Under the pieces are notes generated by a model. That model was not told where the DNA came from. It ran no database searches and saw only the letters and a program-made list of their open reading frames with translations. The translations under genes were made by a program, and so were the position numbers. Shown piece by piece: positions 40,296-47,855 of a stretch of DNA of 64,000 nucleotides. How positions within the stretch are numbered: the stretch's first letter is position 1; the number at the start of each line of letters is the position of its first letter. The DNA is taken from NCBI GenBank assembly GCA_040754495.1, contig JBFMCO010000022.1, positions 18,233 through 82,232 on the forward strand, in the 5' to 3' direction. This stretch comes from Candidatus Micrarchaeota archaeon. Its GTDB lineage: Archaea; Micrarchaeota; Micrarchaeia; Anstonellales; Bilamarchaeaceae.

Positions 40296-40751
40296 ATGAA
40301 GATGGGGGCAATAGACCTGGATATCCTGCGGGAGCTGCGCGAGAACTCAGACAGGCCGGTGCGGGAGCTTGCCAAGAAGATGGGATTGCACCCGAACACC
40401 CTGCTGCAGCACATAAGGAAGATGGAGAGCAGCGGCATCATCGTGAAGTATACGGCAGAGATAGACTACACCAAGCTCGGCTACGACCTGCAGGCTCTTG
40501 TGATGATAAAGGTCGGCAAGGAGGTCCGGAGCGACTGGAAGGTTCTCGATGAGCTGCGCGCGTTCAAGGACGTCTCGGCGCTCTATGCGATAACCGGGGG
40601 CTACGACCTTTGCGCCATCGTGAAGACGAAGAACAGGGAAACGCTCGCAAACCTGCTCTCCGAGATAAACAAGAGGCCGTACGTGGTCGAGACGAACACG
40701 ACGCTCATGCTCCACGCTTTCAAGCACGCGTACGAGTTCAACCCGCTCTGA
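40296..40751 (+). CDS. Lrp/AsnC family transcriptional regulator
   Basis: DLDILRELRENSDRPVRELAKKMGLHPNTLLQHIRKMESSGIIVKYTAEIDYTKLGY: HTH plus RAM-domain pattern. 151 aa. Confidence 0.8.
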   Translation: MKMGAIDLDILRELRENSDRPVRELAKKMGLHPNTLLQHIRKMESSGIIVKYTAEIDYTKLGYDLQALVMIKVGKEVRSDWKVLDELRAFKDVSALYAITGGYDLCAIVKTKNRETLANLLSEINKRPYVVETNTTLMLHAFKHAYEFNPL

Positions 40752-40754
40752 GGC

Positions 40755-41690
40755 TCAGTCCTTGTGGAATACCATGCCATACATGTCATGGTATTCGTCT
40801 ATCCTCTTCCGCATCAGCGTGGCAGGCACATAGTGGAATCCGGTGAGCTGGAAGATGGAGCTGATTTCAGGAATCTGGAGGACGGTGACGGCGATGCGTA
40901 TAAGCCTGGCCAGCTTCTGGACTTCATTGTCATCCGGATGGAGGTCCGTCCTGACGACAAGGGGCGACTCCTCGATGGAAATGAGCCTGCCTCCAGGGGG
41001 GAGCGTGTTGAAAAGCATGCTGGCGACGTTGCATTTCTCATCCGAGCCCCTGATCCAGTGCATGACGTAAGACAGGATGGCGGTCCTTACTTCCCCGCCG
41101 TCCTCCACCTCGCGGAGGTCCTTTGCGTCCCTGCACTCGAAGCGGACACGCAAGAGCTCCAGCTCCCGCACCATCAGCTGCATTTTCCGCCCGTCGTCGG
41201 AGTCAACGATGTGGAGCGATGCGGGGTGGATGCCCGGGGATACGAAAGGCATGGACTCGATGAGCCTCTGCATCGCATTCCTCACGTTGGCCCGTGCCAG
41301 GCCGAGCATCACTTCCGACATGTCCAGCAGTATGAACTTGAGGGGGAGCTTCGGCACCTGGAGCAGGCTGTCCTGTGTGGAGAGGACTTCTGCGGACATG
41401 CTCACCATGAGGTTAGCGGAAAGGACGCCGGTGCCGCATCCCAGTTCCGCAATCGGGCCGGCCGAATGCCCTTCGGCGACATAGTTCCTGAGAATCTCGA
41501 GCGCAATCGGGTGGTGGCTTTCGCGCATCCATTCATCGTAGCGCGGCGCGAACCTTTCCGTAGCCCGGAGCACGGTTGCCAGGGTCGGCGGTTTCATGAG
41601 ACGGGCGTCCGGCGAGCGGCTTATGATAAGCGGCATCGGCCTTCCTGAAGCCATAGAATTGCCGCCTGCGTCCCCTCCCATTATACCCAC
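40755..41690 (-). CDS. class I SAM-dependent methyltransferase (start uncertain)
   Basis: Motif I IAELGCGTGVLSANL. The later LPPGGRLISIE is typical of post-II/III motifs. Several in-frame Met codons near the N-terminus. Confidence 0.6.
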   Translation of the reverse strand: MGIMGGDAGGNSMASGRPMPLIISRSPDARLMKPPTLATVLRATERFAPRYDEWMRESHHPIALEILRNYVAEGHSAGPIAELGCGTGVLSANLMVSMSAEVLSTQDSLLQVPKLPLKFILLDMSEVMLGLARANVRNAMQRLIESMPFVSPGIHPASLHIVDSDDGRKMQLMVRELELLRVRFECRDAKDLREVEDGGEVRTAILSYVMHWIRGSDEKCNVASMLFNTLPPGGRLISIEESPLVVRTDLHPDDNEVQKLARLIRIAVTVLQIPEISSIFQLTGFHYVPATLMRKRIDEYHDMYGMVFHKD

Positions 41691-41730
41691 AGGGATATAT
41701 GTTCTACCATTTATTTAAAAAGGCTTCCGC

Positions 41731-42678
41731 TCAGGAGGGTTTCTTGAAGCAGAGGCAGCGCATCTCGCCCCAGTAATCCGGAGGCAGGCCCGGGCCGCGG
41801 AGCACCTCGGCCAGGCGGACCACTTCCACCCGCGTCTCGGCCGCGGCCTGCATGTCGGTCTCGGCCACCCGGGCTATCCACTTGTCCCTCACCCAGCCGG
41901 AAACATCCTCGCTCATGTCGAGCGGGCGGCTTATGAATGCCAGGAGCTTGGCGCCTTCGGAGCCGACGACGCCGTAGGGAAGGGGCAGCCATGGGTAGAC
42001 GTCCATAATTATGAACCGCCCGCCGTCCCTCAGGAGGTCGAACGCATTCGTCATCACGGCCCCCCTGCTCGCCAGCGTCTGGAAAGAGCCCCACCAGAGG
42101 ACTATGTCGAACATGGCCGGCTTCACCACCGGGCTTTCCCGGACGAGGCCCTCCATGGAGAGGTCGATTGACGCCATCGTGACGGCCTTCCCGTCCGGCC
42201 TGATGAACTCCGCCAGGTTCGACCTCGCTATTAGGTTCAGCTCGGGCGACACCTCGTTGGCGAATACGCGCAGGCCCGAGTTAGCGGTGTGGAGGAGATA
42301 GCGCGACACCATCCCGGTGCCGCAGGTGGCATCAAGGATGAGTTTCGCGTGGTTGATGTCAGGCACGAGGGACCGGAGCTTCATCCAGTTGACCGCGATA
42401 GCGGTATACTGGCCCGTCAAATCCATGAAGACGTCGAGGGAGCTCCCGCCGCCCTCGTGCGGGCGGGCCAGATACCCGCCCGTGGTAACCCGGACGGCCC
42501 CGAAGCCTCTTTCGCGCAGGACTTCATCTTCGTGCTGGCTTCCGTTTCCGAAAAGCGCGGGTGATTCTTCCACAAGCGGGGCAGCGCCGCCGCCTGCGCG
42601 GCGCAGGCCGGAGATGGGGACGCTCCGCTCGCCCTGGACTACGAACACGCGCTGGGGCTTCCTGAAACGTTCCGGCAT
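41731..42678 (-). CDS. class I SAM-dependent methyltransferase
   Basis: ATG at 42678 (ORF track GTG at 42687). Motif I ILDATCGTGMVSRYL, then LRDGGRFIIMDV. Confidence 0.6.
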   Translation of the reverse strand: MPERFRKPQRVFVVQGERSVPISGLRRAGGGAAPLVEESPALFGNGSQHEDEVLRERGFGAVRVTTGGYLARPHEGGGSSLDVFMDLTGQYTAIAVNWMKLRSLVPDINHAKLILDATCGTGMVSRYLLHTANSGLRVFANEVSPELNLIARSNLAEFIRPDGKAVTMASIDLSMEGLVRESPVVKPAMFDIVLWWGSFQTLASRGAVMTNAFDLLRDGGRFIIMDVYPWLPLPYGVVGSEGAKLLAFISRPLDMSEDVSGWVRDKWIARVAETDMQAAAETRVEVVRLAEVLRGPGLPPDYWGEMRCLCFKKPS

Positions 42679-42816
42679 ATCACCCACTCGGGACTTTATT
42701 AGACTGGAAAGGTATTTAAGTTATTATATATGTCGCGTCTTGGATAATAACGCGTTGCACCCGGAAAACAGAACTCGGGCCCGGGGCACTGAACCGGAAA
42801 CCGGCTGCCGGGGGCT

Positions 42817-42853
42817 GGATGCAGGAAAAAAATAGCGGGGGGTAGATTTGAAC
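42817..42853. repeat. 37-bp direct repeat, copy A (partial copy of initiator-tRNA 3' end plus its downstream flank)
   Basis: GGATGCAGGAAAAAAATAGCGGGGGGTAGATTTGAAC is identical to 42960-42996. No complete tRNA can be folded around copy A. Confidence 0.8.
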
Positions 42854-42959
42854 CCCCAGCCTTTTTATAATCGGAATCCTGGCCCCGGAGAAAAAGGCTA
42901 GGGTTAACCCAAAAACCAGTTTCTCGGAACCCTGAACCCGAAACGGGAAACCGGAAACA

Positions 42960-42996
42960 GGATGCAGGAAAAAAATAGCGGGGGGTAGATTTGAAC
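42960..42996. repeat. 37-bp direct repeat, copy B (overlaps the intact initiator tRNA 3' end)
   Basis: Identical to 42817-42853. Covers tRNA positions from the T-loop to the discriminator (42976-42996) plus 16 nt downstream of the tRNA. Confidence 0.8.
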
Positions 42997-43080
42997 TACC
43001 GGTCCCTGGGTTATGAGCCCAGTGGGAACTCCAAGCTTCCCATAGGGCAAATTCTAGATGTTAGAATTTGTTACCCCGCT
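42976..43080 (-). tRNA. initiator-type tRNA-Met(CAU) with one intron (about 43042-43071) between position 9 and the D-stem
   Basis: Minus strand: AGCGGGG-TA-[ACAAATTCTAACATCTAGAATTTGCCCTAT]-GGGA-AGCTTGGAGT-TCCC-A-CTGGG-CTCATAA-CCCAG-GGACC-GGTAG-TTCAAAT-CTACC-CCCCGCT-A. A1:U72 and three G:C pairs next to the anticodon loop are archaeal initiator hallmarks. Confidence 0.75.
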
Positions 43081-43221
43081 TTGCTTGGAGCACTTTAACC
43101 CAGATTGTCCTAACAGAAGTCAGAACGAGAATAATTAGCGGGCTAATGCTTTATAATGGTGATTGAAATTCAGGCGCTAGATGAAGTAAAAGAGAAAGAA
43201 GGAGAAAAGGGAGGAAGAAAC

Positions 43222-43791
43222 TCACTTCCTCTTTTTCGCCGGCGCGACGGGCCGCGGCGGAGGCTCCTCCTCTTCCACCGGCTCCTCTTCGGACATCCCG
43301 GCCTCTTCCTCCGCAGGCTCTTCCTCCTGCGGCTCCTCTTCCTCAGGCTCGGGCCTCCTCGCTGCGGGCCTCGGGGACGGGGCTGCCATCCTCTGCGGCG
43401 GCGGGGCCTTCTCGGTCTCCATCTTCTTCACGATTTTGTGGACCATCTCGCGCTCCATCTGCTCGCTCTTGCGCGAGTCGTCCTCGAGCTTGCCCTTGTG
43501 GTAGTAGAAGCCGGCCATGAACATGAGGCCCGAGATTACCAGCGGGACCAGCAGGGAACCGAGGTAGAGCGACGGCAGTATGACTGTCGCGAACTCGTTC
43601 TTCAGCTTCGCGAACTCGGATGGAGGAGTGACGCCGCACTGCTGCAGCTTGGTGAAATCGTTCGTGGTGACGAAATCGACTACTGCTCCGATTATTCCGC
43701 TTGCATACGATATTATCACATAGGCCGCGCCCACGATGACCAGGAGGCCCAGCACTACAAACAGATAGCTTACAACCTTGAATTTACTCAT
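43222..43791 (-). CDS. membrane protein with acidic/Pro-rich C-terminal tail, hypothetical
   Basis: ORF track. Hydrophobic segments (VSYLFVVLGLLVIVGAAYVI, LLVPLVISGLMFMAGFYY), then EEEEPQEEEPAEEE and a basic end. Confidence 0.55.
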   Translation of the reverse strand: MSKFKVVSYLFVVLGLLVIVGAAYVIISYASGIIGAVVDFVTTNDFTKLQQCGVTPPSEFAKLKNEFATVILPSLYLGSLLVPLVISGLMFMAGFYYHKGKLEDDSRKSEQMEREMVHKIVKKMETEKAPPPQRMAAPSPRPAARRPEPEEEEPQEEEPAEEEAGMSEEEPVEEEEPPPRPVAPAKKRK

Positions 43792-43812
43792 ATTTACACC
43801 CCCTCGATTATA

Positions 43813-44586
43813 TTAGGATAAAGTAAAATAAATCCTCCTGTTGTCCTTCCCCTTGTTGTCGAGACGGAGTATGGCTATCCTGCCTACCTCCGCAAGGCTC
43901 CGCACGTGAGTCCCGCCGTCCGCCTGGACGTCTATGCCGGGAATCTCGACGATGCGAAGCTCGCTTATGGATGGCGGCAAAGCGCCTGCAAGCTTCACGA
44001 CGCCAGGTATCTTCATCGCTTCCGCGCGCGGAAGAGTATAGACCTTGAGCGCTGCGCCGCTTGAGAGCGCGTCGTTCGCCTTCCGGACGATTTCCTCGAA
44101 TTGCGGGCGGTCGAACGAAGCGAGGCTGAAGTCGAAGCGCGCCTTGTCCTCCTCGAGCTGATTTCCCGTAATCAGCACGCCGAGCTCCTTGTACATGGCA
44201 GCTCCGAGCACGTGCGCTGCCGTGTGCATGCGCATGAGCTTGTAGCGCCGCTCCCAGTCTATCACGCAGCGGACATGGTCGCCGGCCCCGAGTTTCCAGT
44301 TCCCGGTTTCGTCTTTGGGTTCAGCGTCCAGAAGGTGGACGATTTGGCCGTCTTTCTTGAATACGTCCACGACACTGAACACGGAACCGGGAGCGGGCGG
44401 CCCTGCGCCGGAGACCGGCTGCCCGCTGCCGGAAACCAGCGCGATGCTGCCCCGGTCGGCAGGCTGGCCGCCGCCCCTCGGATAGAACACGGTCCTGTCG
44501 AGGACGACCTCCTTGCCGCTCACCGACAGGACCTGCGCGGCGCACTCGCGCATGTAGCTGTCATCGAGATAAAGGGCCTGGCTCAT
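43813..44586 (-). CDS. alaX: alanyl-tRNA editing protein AlaX-like
   Basis: LYLDDSYMRECAAQV...VVLDRTVFYPRGGGQPADRG, MRMHTAAHVL (HxxxH), ADGGTHV. Length matches AlaX-M type. Confidence 0.75.
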   Translation of the reverse strand: MSQALYLDDSYMRECAAQVLSVSGKEVVLDRTVFYPRGGGQPADRGSIALVSGSGQPVSGAGPPAPGSVFSVVDVFKKDGQIVHLLDAEPKDETGNWKLGAGDHVRCVIDWERRYKLMRMHTAAHVLGAAMYKELGVLITGNQLEEDKARFDFSLASFDRPQFEEIVRKANDALSSGAALKVYTLPRAEAMKIPGVVKLAGALPPSISELRIVEIPGIDVQADGGTHVRSLAEVGRIAILRLDNKGKDNRRIYFTLS

Positions 44587-44640
44587 AAAGCTTTTAAATG
44601 CAGGAAAACATTAATAGGTTGGGATTAGGAGCTGATTGTC

Positions 44641-45150
44641 ATGGCAGGAAGGGACACGAGGCCGAAAGAGGAGATTCTGGAGACGCACGCCCAGACGGGC
44701 GAGGCGCAGAGGCAGCAGCAGGAGGCTGCGCAGAGGCAGGTCGGGGGGATAGACCTCTCGAGGCTGGTCGCCGCAAAGCAGCAGGTCCGCGGAGCTGTGA
44801 CCGAGCAGTCTGCGCACGCGTACCAGGTTGCCTCCACGACAAGAAGGGTGTTCATGGAGGAGGTCGAGCGCAGCAGGGACATCACCCTGAGGGGCAACGT
44901 CCGCGATTCCGAGATGATGAGGATAGCCGCCAACCCGGAAGCCTTCGAGAACTGCAAGGTCCAATACGGATACAACCAGAGGCAGAGGATATACAGCGTC
45001 GCAACCGAGTTCGACGGCAGGCCGAGAATCCTCACGGTGCGCGTCGGGGAGAACTTCATGGAGATGTCGCTCGCAGACAGGCAGGGCACCGTCCTCGAGA
45101 CCATGAGGCAGGAAGACGGAAGGGGCATAACATACAGCAGGGCAGGCTGA
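44641..45150 (+). CDS. hypothetical protein (169 aa)
   Basis: ORF track. ATG start, stop 2 nt before the rpiA start. Q/E/R-rich N-terminus. No motif recognised. Confidence 0.45.
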   Translation: MAGRDTRPKEEILETHAQTGEAQRQQQEAAQRQVGGIDLSRLVAAKQQVRGAVTEQSAHAYQVASTTRRVFMEEVERSRDITLRGNVRDSEMMRIAANPEAFENCKVQYGYNQRQRIYSVATEFDGRPRILTVRVGENFMEMSLADRQGTVLETMRQEDGRGITYSRAG

Positions 45151-45152
45151 TT

Positions 45153-45806
45153 ATGAGCCAGGCGAAAATTAACGCCGCAAGAGCAGCGCTCGGATACGTG
45201 AAGGACGGCATGTGCATAGGCCTTGGCAGCGGCACGACAGTCCGGGAGTTCATAAGGCTGCTCGGGGAAAAGGTCCGCGGCGGCCTGAAGGTGAGCTGCG
45301 TGACGACATCGTTCGATTCGCGCATGCTGGCAATCGAGTGCGGCATATTCGTGACCGAGACGGACGCCATCGACGAGATAGACCTCACGGTGGACGGGGC
45401 CGACAAGGTCACGAAGACCGCCCTCCTCAAGGGAGGCGGGGGGGCGCTGACAAGGGAGAAGATAATCGGCTACAACGCGAAAAGATTCATAATCATTGCA
45501 GACGAGGGCAAGGTCCAGGAGGGGACGCTGGAAGGCGAGGTAAATCTCGAGGTGCTCCCTTTCGCGGCCCCGCTTGTCATGCGAGCGCTCAAGAGATACA
45601 ACCCCAGGATACGGATGGCGAAAGCCAAGCTGGGGCCGGTGATAAGCGACAACGGGAGCTTCATAATAGACTGCGAGATGAAGCTCGACGACCCGAGGAA
45701 GACGGAGCAGTGGCTAAAGAGCATCCCGGGCATAGTCGAGAACGGAATCTTCACGAGATTCGACGTCATAATAGTCGGCAGCGAGAAGGGCCACAGGGTC
45801 CTCTGA
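45153..45806 (+). CDS. rpiA: ribose-5-phosphate isomerase A
   Basis: MSQAKINAARAALGYVKDGMCIGLGSGTTV...DLTVDGADKV...LLKGGGGALTREKI. This is the C-terminal part of ORF 44598..45806, whose upstream part is a frame artefact. Confidence 0.85.
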   Translation: MSQAKINAARAALGYVKDGMCIGLGSGTTVREFIRLLGEKVRGGLKVSCVTTSFDSRMLAIECGIFVTETDAIDEIDLTVDGADKVTKTALLKGGGGALTREKIIGYNAKRFIIIADEGKVQEGTLEGEVNLEVLPFAAPLVMRALKRYNPRIRMAKAKLGPVISDNGSFIIDCEMKLDDPRKTEQWLKSIPGIVENGIFTRFDVIIVGSEKGHRVL

Positions 45807-45844
45807 TTAACGGCTTATAAAAATCCAGAAGAATGGCTTTCCGC

Positions 45845-45943
45845 TGTTGGCACGGGGGAACCGTCCGCAGACGGTGGGTCCTGTGCCCAAAGGGCGTCCT
45901 GGGGTCAAGAATCAGACTAGCCCGGCATGGCGCCTAAGGTTTT
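45845..45943 (+). ncRNA. candidate small structured RNA of unknown class (weak)
   Basis: TTATAAAAA (45815-45823) lies about 25 nt upstream. Nested helices GGCACGGG...CCTGTGCC enclosing CCGTC-CGCA-GACGG, then GGCG...CGCC enclosing CTGGG...CCCGG. Ends at a TTTT run. No ORF. Confidence 0.25.
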
Positions 45944-46045
45944 CTACAGAGCCGATTTTACGCTATTCGTTTTGGGATTTCGGAATTTATGACAAAGAAA
46001 TATACTTTTAAACACATCTGCACAGAAGAGAGGTAGGTGTTTTTC

Positions 46046-46747
46046 ATGACTATTGAGAGGATGAAATCCCAGAGGGGGGCTAACGAGGCGAGGAATGCGA
46101 GGGTCGCGAAGGTTGCGGCAACGGTTCTGCTCATAGAGGGGCTTGCGTCCATATGCGCTGCCCAGGGCTGCAGCGACCCGTTCACGTCTTCGGGAATAAA
46201 GACCGAAACCGATTCCGGCACAGGCGGGCATGGAGGCACTTCCGGCTCCGGGGGCAGCAGCGGCATGGCCGGCTCGGGCGGGCTCGCGGGAACAGGAGGC
46301 GAGGCCCAGGGCGGCAGCGGCGGCGTTGGCGGAACCGGCGGAGCCGCAGGCATGGGGGGAAGCGGCGGCTTTGCCGGAGCGGGAGGCCAGGGGGGCGTAG
46401 CAGGGCAGGGAGGAGCGGGCGGCATGGCTGGCGCAGGAGGCGCCGGCGGAGCGGGCCCTCTGTGTGCCGGGGTTTATAACGAGTTCGTGGACCACGGGAC
46501 GTTCCCGAAGAACACGCCAACCGAAGCCGGAGGCTACTACCTCAACTACCTGTCCTACACTGCCACCACGATAACCATGAATATCCTGTGCGCCTCGGAC
46601 AATTCAGCCGTCGCGAGCGGCGAGGTTTTCACGGAGAACGTCGAGAAGACCGTCAACGTCCCGGCCGATGGCAAGAAAATCAGGGTGACGCTGCATAACA
46701 TGAACACTTTCCAGGCCGTTTGCAGCGTGACCGTAGAGCCCCTCTGA
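46046..46747 (+). CDS. secreted/Cys-anchored protein, family member 3 (Gly-rich linker)
   Basis: ATG at 46046 after GAGAGGTAGGTG. LLIEGLASICAAQGC, a long GGxGG linker, and C-terminal GPLCAGVYNEFVDHGTFPKNTPTEAGGYYLNYLSYTATTITMNILC...VPADGKKIRVTLHNMNTFQAVCSVTVEPL. Confidence 0.7.
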   Translation: MTIERMKSQRGANEARNARVAKVAATVLLIEGLASICAAQGCSDPFTSSGIKTETDSGTGGHGGTSGSGGSSGMAGSGGLAGTGGEAQGGSGGVGGTGGAAGMGGSGGFAGAGGQGGVAGQGGAGGMAGAGGAGGAGPLCAGVYNEFVDHGTFPKNTPTEAGGYYLNYLSYTATTITMNILCASDNSAVASGEVFTENVEKTVNVPADGKKIRVTLHNMNTFQAVCSVTVEPL

Positions 46748-46866
46748 AAGCCGCTCCGGCGGCTTTCCTTTTTCAGCTTTTTTTCATCCGTTGTTTTGGC
46801 TAATGTTTAAAAATGCTAGCCATTAAATCACAAACAGACAAAAATCTTAACAAAAGGTGGGAGAGG

Positions 46867-47850
46867 ATGGGCAGACTACACAGCAAGCAGGAAGCGGACG
46901 CAGCGCCGCACGGGGGAAGGACTGTTTCTGAGAAAAGAAGGGCTCTTTCGAAATGGCTGATAGGGGCCTCGGTGGCCGCTTCCGCCGCTCTTGCAGCCGC
47001 ATCGTGCAGCGAGAGGAACGAGAATCTGTACATCCCGATTCCGCCGAGCGGAAACACGACGGATGGCGGAACCACGAACGATGGCGGGCCGGAAACAGAC
47101 GGGGGGCAGACGAGCGACGGCGGCACTACCGACGGCGGATGCGTTTCGCCTGCGCCGGTCTGCAACTCGCAGTACGTCTACGGCCTGCTCAATGTAGGCG
47201 AGATGCTGCTGATAGGGGATTACCGGGTGAGGCTGGCCGACACGAACGAAGCCGGCGGGGAGCAGAGGGCAGTTGTCGAGGTCCTCGACTCCTGCAACAG
47301 CGTGATAACCAGCCAGCCGGTCAACGAGAACGACACGGTCGTCTTCCAGGTCATGGGGACAGATATCGAAATCGAGGTCGCGGTTACGCATGTAACCGTT
47401 TCGGCGCCGAAATCCGCACGCATCACTGCCGAGATGACCTGCACTGACGGCGGGGTCACGGATGGAGGAGTGACGGACGGAGGCAATACCGACGGCGGCC
47501 CGGCTGACGCAGGCCCTGACGTTGATGGCGGCGCGGCCGATGGCGGAAGCGACGGCGGCCCATCCTGCACCGGCGTGTACAACGAGTCTGTCGATAACGG
47601 AGAGTTCGACAGGAACGTGGACGTCGAGGTCGGCGGCTACCATTTCAGGTACCTTTCCTACACGACCACCAGCGTCACCATTGACATCAGGTGCGGCGCG
47701 AGCAGCGCGGACGTGGCCCTCGGCGAGACGTGCGGGACCGGCGTCGAGAGGGTGATAGACGTCCCCGCAGACGGCAAGAGGATACGCGTCACCCTTGAGA
47801 ACAAGAACACGTTCCGCGCCATAATGGACGTAACGGTCGAGGACCTCTGA
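46867..47850 (+). CDS. secreted/Cys-anchored protein, family member 4 (extra middle domain)
   Basis: ATG at 46867 after GGTGGGAGAGG (alternative ATG 46813). ASVAASAALAAASC. Middle domain GDYRVRLADTNEAGGEQRAVVEVLDSCN...FQVMGTDIEIEV. The shared C-terminal domain ends VTVEDL. Confidence 0.7.
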   Translation: MGRLHSKQEADAAPHGGRTVSEKRRALSKWLIGASVAASAALAAASCSERNENLYIPIPPSGNTTDGGTTNDGGPETDGGQTSDGGTTDGGCVSPAPVCNSQYVYGLLNVGEMLLIGDYRVRLADTNEAGGEQRAVVEVLDSCNSVITSQPVNENDTVVFQVMGTDIEIEVAVTHVTVSAPKSARITAEMTCTDGGVTDGGVTDGGNTDGGPADAGPDVDGGAADGGSDGGPSCTGVYNESVDNGEFDRNVDVEVGGYHFRYLSYTTTSVTIDIRCGASSADVALGETCGTGVERVIDVPADGKRIRVTLENKNTFRAIMDVTVEDL

Positions 47851-47855
47851 GGGGG

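Noticed and set aside
42817-42925. Copy A of the 37-bp repeat as a second tRNA or a split-tRNA 3' half
   Set aside because: Upstream of the shared TTCAAATCTACC the sequence is GGGGG, which does not pair with CTACC. No AGCGGGG 5' acceptor strand or anticodon arm is present, and no complementary leader was seen.
44598-45152. N-terminal 185 codons of the 402-aa ORF 44598..45806
   Set aside because: Only the part from ATG 45153 is RpiA-like. The upstream part is Arg/Gly/Glu-rich and overlaps the better ORF 44641..45150 in another frame.
46153-46520. Off-frame and antisense ORFs over the Gly-rich linker of family member 3 (for example 45958..46425, 46153..46479)
   Set aside because: They are products of the GGC/GGA-rich repeat in other frames (Pro- or Arg-rich). 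The + frame chosen has the signal/Cys anchor and the conserved C-terminal domain.
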